DNA from: Dehalococcoidia bacterium
Lineage (GTDB): Bacteria; Chloroflexota; Dehalococcoidia; DSTF01; JACRBR01
Length of the DNA stretch: 64,000 nucleotides
Direction of reading: 5' to 3'
NCBI GenBank assembly: GCA_021731085.1
Contig: JAKFYB010000005.1
Location: 34,357-98,356, forward strand
Shown here: positions 30,706-40,110 of the stretch, one piece after another
Numbering within the stretch: the stretch's first letter is position 1
Layout of the letters: each line of letters opens with the position of its first letter
Made by a program: the position numbers and the translations under genes
Notes under the pieces: model-generated
Databases searched by the model: none
The model's input: the letters and a program-made list of their open reading frames with translations, nothing else
What the model was told of the DNA's origin: nothing

Positions 30706-30754
30706 CCCCGGCGTTCGCCCCCCTCGTGGGGTCGAACTGCCGGGGTGTTTTTTT
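30706..30754 (+). terminator. 40-nt bulged hairpin plus T-tract facing the 3' end of the NYN gene
   Basis: CCCCGGC-GTTCG-CCCC..GGGG-T-CGAAC-T-GCCGGGG followed by TGTTTTTTT. Confidence 0.7.
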
Positions 30755-30756
30755 GA

Positions 30757-31350
30757 CTAGCTCCGGTAATCAGTGTAGTCCTGCACAGCCAGAAAGTCGC
30801 CTTTCCCCAAGCGGTGTGCCCATATTCCGGGAACAATCAAACCCTGCGGCGTAGTGTCGAACCAAGCGGCCGTTTCTATCCGTACGCTGTCCATACGCTG
30901 GACGTACTCGACGGCAGGTAGAAGGTCGGTGTCATTCGACATCAAAATGCCGATGTCGTAATTTCCGTCCACCGCGTTGGTGACAAGATCTACGGCCAAG
31001 GCTACATCGACTCCCTTCTCTTCGGCCTTCTCTGTGGGCCAATGGAACGGGTAGCGCAGAGTACGCGCAAACACGGTTGCCCCTGCTGCCTCCCATGCCC
31101 GATTGCGCTTCAATTCAGGTGCGTAGCTCTTCGGGTCCTTAGTTGCATCTGGGCGACCTGTATGAATGCGGACCTCGATGAGGTCTCGCTCAGCAGCCTT
31201 CTGCCCAGGTGGTTCCTTTTGGCAGAGCAATTGCGCAAGCTGGCAAGGGTTCGTGTGGCCGTCCAAGAAGCTCTTTGGTTGTGCAAAGAATGTCTCACGT
31301 GCCCGGCGGTAGCAGTTCTGTGCATCAATGAATACGAATACTCTTGCCAT
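30757..31350 (-). CDS. NYN-domain (LabA/PIN-like) ribonuclease
   Basis: VFIDAQN, EKGVDVALAVDL, ILMSNDTDLLPAV. Confidence 0.9.
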   Translation of the reverse strand: MARVFVFIDAQNCYRRARETFFAQPKSFLDGHTNPCQLAQLLCQKEPPGQKAAERDLIEVRIHTGRPDATKDPKSYAPELKRNRAWEAAGATVFARTLRYPFHWPTEKAEEKGVDVALAVDLVTNAVDGNYDIGILMSNDTDLLPAVEYVQRMDSVRIETAAWFDTTPQGLIVPGIWAHRLGKGDFLAVQDYTDYRS

Positions 31351-32102
31351 TAGTCACCATCTTATCTACCCCCACTCTCTCCGGTTACCCCGCCGGGGCA
31401 GATCACGGTTGTTTGAGTGTGAGAACGGTCATTCCGGAGCCGGAATCAGCGCGCTTTGTACAGGTTTCGTAGCCTCTTTGTCACCCCGCCCGATACGGGG
31501 TTCATCCCCGGACAATCCAGCCTGTGAAATGGCTACCTACATAATCCGGACTCCGGCCCATTAGACGCAACGCCAATCTGCCCACTCATCCGAAGCCTCA
31601 AACCCACATCATCGTGGGAAACAGCAAGGCCACACCTTCACATCGAAGAGGGCCTTAGGACCTGCTTCAACCTGTAGGCCGATAAATCAACCCAAACACG
31701 AGCGAGTCATCAACCCTTCAAAGGCGCACAGACCCTATTCGCCCGGCTTCCTCTTTCGACGTGATCCAACCAACCAACAGTTGATTAGGCAGTCCCCAAT
31801 CGACGCGTCCACACGTGGCAGGGAGGCTATTCGGAGCCCAATTAGCCGTTCCCTGGGTGGTCGAATCCGCCCGGCTCTGTCCGCGCAGTGCGCTGCATCA
31901 CGCCTCCGCCGCCGCCCAAGTCCTTAGGTCGATCGAGACACGCGCGCCAGACAGATACTTTCGCGTCTGGCGGAACCTAGGCAGCTTCGTATCGCAGATT
32001 CAACGTGGGTAGGCGATGGGTATGTTTTGATAGGTAGTAGGGCCATTTGGACGTCGTAAACTGCTTGTGTCGAATGCTGCGGAAAGGATTGACGAACCAA
32101 CT

Positions 32103-32291
32103 ATGAACTCACCTGTAACTACACCCGTTCTCTACACAAAGAAGCAGGTCGCTGAGATGGTCGGTTGCGCGGAGACAACGGTGCAGCGTTGGATCGTGGA
32201 AGGTCGCTTGCATCCAACCAGGCTGACCAAGCGCACTGTCCGAATCAGTCCGGCAGCCCTCGATCAATTCATCGCCGAACGCACTGCCTGA
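32103..32291 (+). CDS. Second excisionase-like HTH_17 protein
   Basis: LYTKKQVAEMVGCAETTVQRWIVEGRL...VRISPAALDQFI. Confidence 0.85.
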   Translation: MNSPVTTPVLYTKKQVAEMVGCAETTVQRWIVEGRLHPTRLTKRTVRISPAALDQFIAERTA

Positions 32292-32504
32292 TCATGCGCG
32301 GGCGCGCGTCGCGCCTTTTTTGGCGCTCGACTTCTTGAGCCGTTCGCGATAGCGTCGCTTTCTGGCGGTCTCCCGGCATCGCTCCGGAGAATACGTCTGG
32401 TTGGTCAGTCCGAGGAACGTCTCACCACACTCCGGGCAGACCTTCTTGGTCCGTTTGCGTTGAGCGGCCAGCTGGCGCCCGAGTTCGCTTGCATCCATTG
32501 ACAA
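32292..32504 (-). CDS. Small basic Zn-finger-like protein
   Basis: VCPECGETF...YSPERCRETARKRRYRER. Confidence 0.7.
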   Translation of the reverse strand: MSMDASELGRQLAAQRKRTKKVCPECGETFLGLTNQTYSPERCRETARKRRYRERLKKSSAKKGATRARA

Positions 32505-32516
32505 AGTCTAGGATTT

Positions 32517-32576
32517 GTCCCTAATGTCGTCAACTAGGGACTTGCAATGGTGTCCCTAGTATGCGTTAATAGGGAC
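32517..32576. promoter_or_regulatory. Two tandem palindromic operators GTCCCTA-N11-TAGGGAC
   Basis: Copies at 32517-32541 and 32552-32576, between the divergent Zn-finger and ardC-like genes. Confidence 0.75.
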
Positions 32577-32688
32577 ACAGCCAGTCCATCAGAATCGGAG
32601 CGCCTATGACGTAAGTCCCAATCAACCAAGAAGCCCGGCCAGTGCGTCAACACCGACCGGGCGCGAGTCAAAGGAGAGTTGACCTCCC

Positions 32689-34011
32689 ATGACACAGACA
32701 CAGCCTAACAAGACCTCTGAGGCATTGTCGCGACTCGAAACGGGAGTCGCCGCAATCCAATCAAGCGACGACTTCAAGCGATACCTGCAAGTCGCCGCGC
32801 GGTTTCACCACTACTCGTTCAACAACCAAATCCTGATCGCAGTACAGCGGCCAGACGCGACCAAGGTCGCGGGCTATCGTGCCTGGCAGGAACTCGGGCG
32901 CCAGGTCCGCAAGGGCGCTAAGGGCATCCAAATCCTGGTGCCCTACGTCACACGAACTAGCGACGCTAGCGACGATGAACCGGCGCCCGTTCCGCAGAAG
33001 CGATCGGGCACCGCTGTTCGGTTCGGCGTGGGCTACGTGTTCGACGTCGCGGACACAGAGGGTGTCGAACTACCAACACTCGACTACCAGCACACTCAAG
33101 GCGAAACAGCTCACGATCTTTGGCGTAGAGCGCTTGGCGTAGCGTCACAGCACGCCTGCAACGTCACAAGCGAAGACCAGCACATCAGCGCCACTGGCTA
33201 CTACAACCCCAGCACGCGCACCATTTGGCACCAGGGCAGCCTGTCGCTTGACGGGCGTGTCTCAACCGTTCTGCATGAGCTGGCGCACATGTTCGACCAT
33301 GACGCGCACCAGGCGGCCGGCGCATCCTTTGACTACATGAACCACCGAGGCGAACGCGAAACGGTTGCCGAGGCTGTCGCCTACGTCGCAGGGTTGCACT
33401 TCGGACTCGACACGTCGCGCGAAACGTTCACCTACGTCGCAACGTGGGCGCGCGATGGCGCAACGCTCAAGGCGCGTCTCGGCGAGATCCAGAAGCTGGC
33501 GAACGCATTGATCGCAGCACTCGAAGCGATAGAGCCCGAACCGGATAACTGCACTAGCTTGGGAGAACAATCAGACGTAGAATCTGAACACAGCGCCGAT
33601 CACTCTAGGTTGGACAACCGCCGTCCAACTCTTAATCAGCCGGTTCTGGGTTCGACTCCCGGGCGGCTCACCACGCAGGCACTTCGAACGCACACGCTTG
33701 CCGTGTGCGTTTTCTATTTCCGCGGGCTGCCTTTCCCGCGGATGCGCGCCCACACGCTAGCCGGTTCGACTCGCGCGGCGGATTCGGCGCTCTTCAGGGC
33801 GCGGAGTTCGGCTGCTGCGTTGTCCGCGGCTGCGGAGTCGATGGCCGCCTGCATGCGCGCCCGGTGCCAAATCTCTTCTTGGGGATCGGTGTCACGCGCG
33901 ACTCCGTGGGCTTCGCCGGACTGGGACCACGGATCGAGCGCTGTTCCGGTCGCCGGGCGAAAGAATGTCTTGAAGCACAGCGTCCCCCCGACATCTTCGC
34001 CATCGACTTGA
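32689..34011 (+). CDS. ArdC-like anti-restriction protein (ssDNA-binding N-domain + zincin HExxH); reads through attR
   Basis: FHHYSFNNQILI, AGYRAWQELGRQVRKG, VFDVADTEG, LHELAH, ETVAEAVAY; the folded part ends at about residue 285. Confidence 0.85.
   Translation: MTQTQPNKTSEALSRLETGVAAIQSSDDFKRYLQVAARFHHYSFNNQILIAVQRPDATKVAGYRAWQELGRQVRKGAKGIQILVPYVTRTSDASDDEPAPVPQKRSGTAVRFGVGYVFDVADTEGVELPTLDYQHTQGETAHDLWRRALGVASQHACNVTSEDQHISATGYYNPSTRTIWHQGSLSLDGRVSTVLHELAHMFDHDAHQAAGASFDYMNHRGERETVAEAVAYVAGLHFGLDTSRETFTYVATWARDGATLKARLGEIQKLANALIAALEAIEPEPDNCTSLGEQSDVESEHSADHSRLDNRRPTLNQPVLGSTPGRLTTQALRTHTLAVCVFYFRGLPFPRMRAHTLAGSTRAADSALFRARSSAAALSAAAESMAACMRARCQISSWGSVSRATPWASPDWDHGSSAVPVAGRKNVLKHSVPPTSSPST
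33628..33675 (+). repeat. attR core (48-bp duplicate of the tRNA-Lys 3' half)
   Basis: Identical to 19531-19578. Confidence 0.95.
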
Positions 34012-34976
34012 AGTGGGCCACCGATGTCGATCGCCTGCTTGCTCGACTTCATGGACACGACGAGATCGGCGTCGCCGTCCGGGCATGTCACGACGAGTTC
34101 GTATGTCCGTCCGGCGGACGACGGCTGCGGAGCGAGGTCTACCGTCAGCCACTCGCCGTCGACGACCTGCAGCGCGAGCAGGCGCATCGCGGCGATGTCG
34201 TCGCCGTGGTCGTCACGGACCGTGAAGAGCAGGTGCCGCATGCTCGGTCCGGCGGGACGGGCCATCAAGATGTCTATACGCGCGAGACCGTCACGCGCGG
34301 CGACGAAGGTCTGCGAGATCGTGCGGCCTGCGCTGAGCATCGGCAACTGGCCGTCGGCAACCCGCTGCTCGACATCCATGACGAGCGGGTCGGCGGGAAA
34401 GAGACAGCCGCCGAAGCTCTCATCATTCCAAGCATCTCGAGCGTTGCGCACGGCTTGATGGAAGTCATCCGTCGGCGTTTCCACCGACGTTTTGCGGCCG
34501 ATGCCGAACACGGTGTGCGGATTTTCTACGTTGCCCTGCACGAGCACGTAGCGGGAGGCTAGCGCGCGCATCAGGTGGTCGAACATCATCGGCGTGAAGC
34601 GCCAGTAGTCCGAGGGGTGCGCATGGATCGGGAAGTTCATGTGCGACGACATGACGACAACGCCGCCCGGTCGCAGCACGCGCGTCACTTCCTCCATCGC
34701 CGCCAGCGGTTCGAGGACGTGCTCCAGCGTGTCGAGGAGGATCACTGTGCCGACGGACGCGGTCGCGAGCGGCAGGCGGTGGATCGTGCCGACGCAATCA
34801 ACACCCGCCCCGTGTCGCATGTCGAAGCCCGCGTACGCTCCCGCGGTGAAATACGGGCGCAGATCGGCGTAGTCCTCCTGCCCTTCCGTCCGCAGCGAGC
34901 CGATGTCAACGACGGGCGCCGGAAAGACGGCCGTCTCGGCGAGAAGCTGTACGAACTGCTTGACGTTTGGGCGCAT
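33714..34976 (-). CDS. Class I SAM-dependent methyltransferase with C-terminal extension
   Basis: VVDIGS, LDTLEHV, RVLRPGG, HPSDYWRFT; start at MRPNVKQ. Confidence 0.8.
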   Translation of the reverse strand: MRPNVKQFVQLLAETAVFPAPVVDIGSLRTEGQEDYADLRPYFTAGAYAGFDMRHGAGVDCVGTIHRLPLATASVGTVILLDTLEHVLEPLAAMEEVTRVLRPGGVVVMSSHMNFPIHAHPSDYWRFTPMMFDHLMRALASRYVLVQGNVENPHTVFGIGRKTSVETPTDDFHQAVRNARDAWNDESFGGCLFPADPLVMDVEQRVADGQLPMLSAGRTISQTFVAARDGLARIDILMARPAGPSMRHLLFTVRDDHGDDIAAMRLLALQVVDGEWLTVDLAPQPSSAGRTYELVVTCPDGDADLVVSMKSSKQAIDIGGPLQVDGEDVGGTLCFKTFFRPATGTALDPWSQSGEAHGVARDTDPQEEIWHRARMQAAIDSAAADNAAAELRALKSAESAARVEPASVWARIRGKGSPRK

Positions 34977-35062
34977 GGACTCCAACGCTTTCGGCTCTGT
35001 GTCGGGAAGTATCGACCGAGTGAGAATACTACGGGATCGGCTCGACGAAGCTAGTGAGAGTC

Positions 35063-35809
35063 CTACACAATCGCGCTGATTGCGGACGCGATCGCGACAA
35101 ACGCCGACGCGAACAACAGGCAGAACACGATGCCCCGAAACGCTGCTGGCGCGACGCGCTGCGCAATCTGGCCGCCGACCACGAAACCTGTCGCGACAGC
35201 AGGAAGCGAGGCAGCCCACAACACGACGGCGTCCACAGTTATGAGCCCGCTGACCGCGAGAATGAACATCGTCGCGACGTTCGAGCTGAGGAAGAACACG
35301 GCCAGCGCAGCCCGAAAGTCATCAGGCGGCAGCTCGCGCCCCTGGAGGTAGAGCACAACCGGAGGACCGTTGATCCCGGTGCTCGTGTTCAGTACGCCGG
35401 AAAGGGCGCCGACGGCAAGCTCACTGTGCACGCTACGGTCGCCGAAACGCAGGCCACGCAGGAGGGCTAGGGCCATCACAGCCGTCGAGACGCCGACGAG
35501 CAACCGAATGACGCCGGAGGGCGCGATGAGCAACACTATGAGGCCAACGGGCATCGCCAGAACCGCAGCGGCGATCATCGGGGCGACCGTCTGCCACGGG
35601 ACGTGCCGGCGGTTGGACAGGGCGAGCACTGAACTGTTCACGCATCCCAGCAGCGTCGCGAGCACGATGGCGTCGCGGACGTCAAGGACCGCAACGAAGA
35701 CAGGCACGGCGATGAGCGCGAACCCGAAGCCGGCGACGGTCTGAGCCAGCACGCCGATGGCGACGGCGGCAACAATGATTGCGACAGTGGATGCGTCCAA
35801 CGACGCCAT
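35063..35809 (-). CDS. TauE/SafE-family sulfite exporter
   Basis: QTVAGFGFAL, GALSGVL..STGINGPP; multi-TM. Confidence 0.85.
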   Translation of the reverse strand: MASLDASTVAIIVAAVAIGVLAQTVAGFGFALIAVPVFVAVLDVRDAIVLATLLGCVNSSVLALSNRRHVPWQTVAPMIAAAVLAMPVGLIVLLIAPSGVIRLLVGVSTAVMALALLRGLRFGDRSVHSELAVGALSGVLNTSTGINGPPVVLYLQGRELPPDDFRAALAVFFLSSNVATMFILAVSGLITVDAVVLWAASLPAVATGFVVGGQIAQRVAPAAFRGIVFCLLFASAFVAIASAISAIV

Positions 35810-36029
35810 CGTGCCCGACATCGGCCCGAGACAGAAGGACAACGGGCCGAGAGCGGCCGCCGGCTTTACATCTGAAAGCAACGAGGTGACAATTGAGATG
35901 GCTGGCGCCGCGGCCACTCCTAGCCGCCTAAATGGGAATCCGTGTATAACTTGTACCACTGCGTGGTGAGGCCGGGTTCCGGTATTCCACTTCAGGTGTG
36001 AGGGCACGGCAGGCGTCACACCGCACGAC

Positions 36030-36114
36030 GGGGAAGTGTCGGAATTGGCAGACGAGCGTGATTTAGGATCACGTGCCGCAAGGCGTAGGAGTTCGAGTCT
36101 CCTCTTCCCCACCA
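36030..36114 (+). tRNA. tRNA-Leu(TAG)
   Basis: GGGGAAG/CTTCCCC acceptor stem, CGTGA-TTTAGGA-TCACG anticodon arm, long variable arm, ACCA end. Confidence 0.97.
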
Positions 36115-36203
36115 CAGCAACAACGGAGGCGTGACGCCCTCACAGCGCGTAAGCGCAGCGTCACGGCGGACGCGTTCCGTCGAACGGGCACAAGGGAGGT
36201 CTG

Positions 36204-37238
36204 ATGGGCACACTGCTTCAAGTCAAAGATTTGACGACGCAGTTCTATACCGAAGAAGGCGTTGTACACGCCGTCGATGGCGTGACGTACGACGTTGAAG
36301 AGGGCGAGACGCTCGGCCTCGTCGGTGAATCAGGCTCGGGCAAGAGTGTCAGCGCGCTGTCCATCCTACGGCTCATCCCCAACCCGCCCGGCAAGATCGT
36401 AAAGGGCGAGGTGTTCTTCGAAGGCGAAGACATCCTCAAGATGTCCGAAGAGGAGATCCGCCACATCCGCGGCAACCGCATCGCGATGGTCTTCCAGGAA
36501 CCGATGACATCGTTGAACCCGGTGCTCACGATCGGACGCCAGCTGACGGAGGCGCTTGAACTTCACCTCAAGATGGATCAGAACGGTGCGAAGAAGCGCG
36601 CCGCCGAATTGCTCGACATGGTCGGTATTCCGTCTGGCGGCGCCCGGCTCAACGACTACCCGCACCAGTTTTCCGGCGGTATGCGCCAGCGCGTGATGAT
36701 CGCAATGGCACTGTCCTGCAACCCGAAGCTGCTGCTGGCCGACGAACCCACGACAGCTCTCGACGTAACCATCCAGGCGCAGGTGCTCGAGATCATGGCA
36801 CGCCTCAGCCGCGAGCTCGGTACTGCCGTCATCATCATCACGCACAACCTCGGCGTCGTCGCCCGATATGCCGACCGCGTAAACGTCATGTATGCAGGCC
36901 GCATCGTCGAGACGGCGAAAGCCGCCGACCTCTATGCCAACCCGCGCCATCCATACACAATCGGCCTTCTGAAGTCGGTGCCACGGCTCGACCAGGGTAA
37001 GAAGGACCGCCTCATCCCGATCGACGGCGTTCCTCCGGACCTCGTGCACCGCCCGAAGGGCTGCTCGTTCGCGCCGCGCTGCGCGTACAAGATCGACAAG
37101 TGCATTACGGATGACCCGCCACTGCTTCCAGTCGACGACAAGCACATGTCAGCGTGCTGGGTGCAACCAACAGTCTCAACACCTATCCCTGGCGTACTCA
37201 ACGGTAGTGCAAGTGGAAGCGCCGGCGGCGCGGCTTAA
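36204..37238 (+). CDS. oppD: Oligopeptide/dipeptide ABC ATPase (OppD/DppD)
   Basis: [32 protein letters not shown]. Confidence 0.9.
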   Translation: MGTLLQVKDLTTQFYTEEGVVHAVDGVTYDVEEGETLGLVGESGSGKSVSALSILRLIPNPPGKIVKGEVFFEGEDILKMSEEEIRHIRGNRIAMVFQEPMTSLNPVLTIGRQLTEALELHLKMDQNGAKKRAAELLDMVGIPSGGARLNDYPHQFSGGMRQRVMIAMALSCNPKLLLADEPTTALDVTIQAQVLEIMARLSRELGTAVIIITHNLGVVARYADRVNVMYAGRIVETAKAADLYANPRHPYTIGLLKSVPRLDQGKKDRLIPIDGVPPDLVHRPKGCSFAPRCAYKIDKCITDDPPLLPVDDKHMSACWVQPTVSTPIPGVLNGSASGSAGGAA

Positions 37239-37252
37239 GGAACGGGGCGACC

Positions 37253-38287
37253 ATGACAACTCAAACGCTGCCGGTAGACAATCCCATGACGGCGTCGGAC
37301 ATTCTCATCAATGTCCAGAACCTGAAGATGTACTTCCCGATCAGCGCGGGGCTGCTGTTCCAGCGCAAGATCGCCGACGTAAAGGCCGTCGACGACATCT
37401 CGTTCTTCGTGAAGAAGGGCGAGACACTCGGACTGGTCGGCGAATCCGGGTGCGGCAAGTCGACGACGGGTCGCGCGATTCTCCAGCTCTACAAGCCAAC
37501 GGCCGGTTCCGTGAACTTCGGCGGCACCGAGCTGACGAAGCTCGGAGCGGGCGATATGCGCAAGATGCGCCGGAAGATGCAGATGATCTTCCAGGATCCG
37601 TATGCATCCCTGAACCCGCGCATGTCCGTCGGTTCGATCATCGGCGAGCCGCTTCAGATCCACGGCCTCGCGAAGGGCGGCAAGGCCCGCAAGGAGCGCA
37701 TCCAGGACCTGATGCGAGTCGTCGGACTCAACCCCTACTACGCGAACCGCTACCCGCACGAATTCTCAGGCGGTCAGCGCCAGCGCATCGGAATCGCCCG
37801 TGCCCTCGCGGTCGAGCCGGACTTCATCGTTGCTGACGAGCCCGTCTCGGCGCTCGATGTGTCGATCCAGGCACAGATCATTAACCTCATGGAAGACCTG
37901 CAGTCGCAATTTGGGCTGACCTACCTGTTCATCGCCCACGACCTCTCCGTCGTCCGGCACATCAGCGACCGTGTCGGCGTCATGTACCTCGGCAAGATGA
38001 TGGAGATGGCCGACCGCAACGAGCTCTACGACAACCCGCTCCACCCGTACACGAAGGCGCTGCTTTCAGCAGTCCCCGTACCGGATCCCGCGGTCGAAAT
38101 CAGCCGCGAGCGCATCATCCTCACCGGTGATGTCCCGAGCCCGCTGATGCCGCCTCCCGGTTGTGTCTTCCACACGCGCTGCCCCATCGCGATCGAGGAG
38201 TGCCGTCAGGTGCTGCCGGAGTGGCGCAACATGGGCAACGAGCACTACGTCGCGTGCCACCGCGCCGGCGACCCGCTTACGGGGTGA
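37253..38287 (+). CDS. oppF: Oligopeptide/dipeptide ABC ATPase (OppF/DppF)
   Basis: [37 protein letters not shown]. Confidence 0.9.
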   Translation: MTTQTLPVDNPMTASDILINVQNLKMYFPISAGLLFQRKIADVKAVDDISFFVKKGETLGLVGESGCGKSTTGRAILQLYKPTAGSVNFGGTELTKLGAGDMRKMRRKMQMIFQDPYASLNPRMSVGSIIGEPLQIHGLAKGGKARKERIQDLMRVVGLNPYYANRYPHEFSGGQRQRIGIARALAVEPDFIVADEPVSALDVSIQAQIINLMEDLQSQFGLTYLFIAHDLSVVRHISDRVGVMYLGKMMEMADRNELYDNPLHPYTKALLSAVPVPDPAVEISRERIILTGDVPSPLMPPPGCVFHTRCPIAIEECRQVLPEWRNMGNEHYVACHRAGDPLTG

Positions 38288-38390
38288 GGTCGCAGCTCAA
38301 GTACGGATGCATTGAATGGTCCTCCAAATTGGAGGGCCATTCCTGTTGCTTAGCCACGCGCGTCGGCGCGCATCGGGCGTGACTCCGGAA

Positions 38391-38828
38391 TCAGGGTTTC
38401 GAAGCGCCGACGTCTGCAACGACGATCTCGCCATCAAGGGCCATCATGAGATGCGGCTGGACGTCGATCGTCGCGAACCAGCCTTCGACCAGTTTCTCGG
38501 CACTCCGCAGGTGCTGGGTATGGACGTCGATCTCGTTCACTTCCGTCGCGATGTCATCGTAGGCCCTGCAACTCACGTGGTTCATGAACAGAATGTCGTT
38601 AAAGCCGTGCAGTGACCACAGGAGGCGTATCTCCAACTCCATCGACTCCCGCATCGCCGCGCTCCTGGGGAGCACGAGAGAACGGATGCCGCCGGGCCGC
38701 GCGATCACGTCGTAGTCGTCCACAAGACCGTGGGTCTCGACGTACTTGCGGGCTGTCGATTGAAATCGAAAGTCCGAACAGGTGATGAGGAGCGCTGAAC
38801 ATTTACTGCGCCCGATGAGACCAGCCAT
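38391..38828 (-). CDS. beta-carbonic-anhydrase-like protein
   Basis: CSDFR (CxDxR) and HVSC (HxxC) zinc ligands. Confidence 0.75.
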   Translation of the reverse strand: MAGLIGRSKCSALLITCSDFRFQSTARKYVETHGLVDDYDVIARPGGIRSLVLPRSAAMRESMELEIRLLWSLHGFNDILFMNHVSCRAYDDIATEVNEIDVHTQHLRSAEKLVEGWFATIDVQPHLMMALDGEIVVADVGASKP

Positions 38829-38831
38829 GTC

Positions 38832-40049
38832 CTATGCCGCCAGCGCTTTCTTGAGATTCTCATCCAGCTTGTCCATGAACTGCTCCGTCGTCAGCCACGT
38901 CTGATCCGGCCCGACAAGCAGCGCGAGATCCTTCGTCATGAAACCGGACTCCACCGTATCGACGCAGACCTTCTCCAGCGTCCGCGCGAACGCCTCGACA
39001 TCGGGCGTGTGGTCGAACACACCTCTGTACGCGAGGCCTTGCGTCCACGCGAAAATCGATGCGATTGGGTTCGTGGATGTCGCCTCGCCCTTCTGGTGCT
39101 GCCGGAAGTGCCTGGTCACCGTTCCGTGCGCGGCCTCCGCCTCGATGGTGTTACCGTCGGGCGTCAGAAGCACCGACGTCATCAGCCCCAACGAGCCGAA
39201 GCCCTGCGCAACGCTGTCCGACTGCACATCGCCGTCGTAGTTCTTCGCCGCCCACAAGAAGCCACCTGTCGCCTTCATCGCGAAAGCAACCATGTCGTCG
39301 ATCAGCCGGTGCTCGTACCAGATTTCCTTCACCTTGAACTGGGACTCGTACTCAGCCTCATACACCTCCTGGAACAGATCCTTGAATCGGCCATCATACG
39401 CCTTCAGAATCGTGTTCTTTGTCGAGAGGTACACGGGATAGTTGCGATGCAAGCCGTAGTTCAGACAAGCGCGCGCAAAGTTGCGGATCGATTCGTCCAG
39501 GTTGTACATCGCGAGCGCGACGCCGCCCGCCGGAAAGTCGAACACCTTCCGCTCGATCGGCGCGCTGCCATCCTTCGGTTTGAATACGATGGTCAATTCA
39601 CCCGCGCCTGGCACGACGAAGTCCGTTGCCTTGTACTGGTCACCGAACGCGTGACGGCCGATCACCATCGGCTCGTTCCACGTCGGCACCAGCCGCGGCA
39701 CGTTCTTGCAGATGATCGGTTCGCGGAAGACAGTGCCATCGAGGATGTTGCGGATCGTCCCGTTTGGGGACTTCCACATCTGCTTGAGGCCAAACTCTTC
39801 AACACGCGCTTCGTCCGGGGTGATCGTCGCACACTTCACGCCGACGCCGTATTGCTTGATCGCGTCAGCGGCGTCCGTCGTCACCTTGTCACTCGTCTTG
39901 TCACGATGCTCGATGCCGAGGTCGTAGTACTTCAGATTGATGTCGACGTACGGCAGGATCAGCTTCTGTTTGATCATGGCCCAGATGACACGCGTCATCT
40001 CGTCGCCATCCAGTTCGACGAGCGGCGTCTTGACCTTGATCTTCGCCAT
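38832..40049 (-). CDS. icd: NADP-dependent isocitrate dehydrogenase
   Basis: [33 protein letters not shown]. Confidence 0.97.
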   Translation of the reverse strand: MAKIKVKTPLVELDGDEMTRVIWAMIKQKLILPYVDINLKYYDLGIEHRDKTSDKVTTDAADAIKQYGVGVKCATITPDEARVEEFGLKQMWKSPNGTIRNILDGTVFREPIICKNVPRLVPTWNEPMVIGRHAFGDQYKATDFVVPGAGELTIVFKPKDGSAPIERKVFDFPAGGVALAMYNLDESIRNFARACLNYGLHRNYPVYLSTKNTILKAYDGRFKDLFQEVYEAEYESQFKVKEIWYEHRLIDDMVAFAMKATGGFLWAAKNYDGDVQSDSVAQGFGSLGLMTSVLLTPDGNTIEAEAAHGTVTRHFRQHQKGEATSTNPIASIFAWTQGLAYRGVFDHTPDVEAFARTLEKVCVDTVESGFMTKDLALLVGPDQTWLTTEQFMDKLDENLKKALAA

Positions 40050-40110
40050 CAGTACATCCTTCTACAACATCGTCACAGACGGCGCGTCAGCGACGCGTCT
40101 CTACGGTTGC

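Noticed and set aside
31455-31540. Hammerhead ribozyme on the minus strand (GAAA-CCTGT)
   Set aside because: No CUGANGA core before stem II and no UH cleavage triplet in the right place.
32006-32034. TGGGTA-like direct repeats upstream of the second HTH_17 gene as an operator
   Set aside because: Only two good copies and a weak third; insufficient support.
33628-33675. Second tRNA-Lys gene
   Set aside because: Only the 3' half is present; it is the attR duplication.
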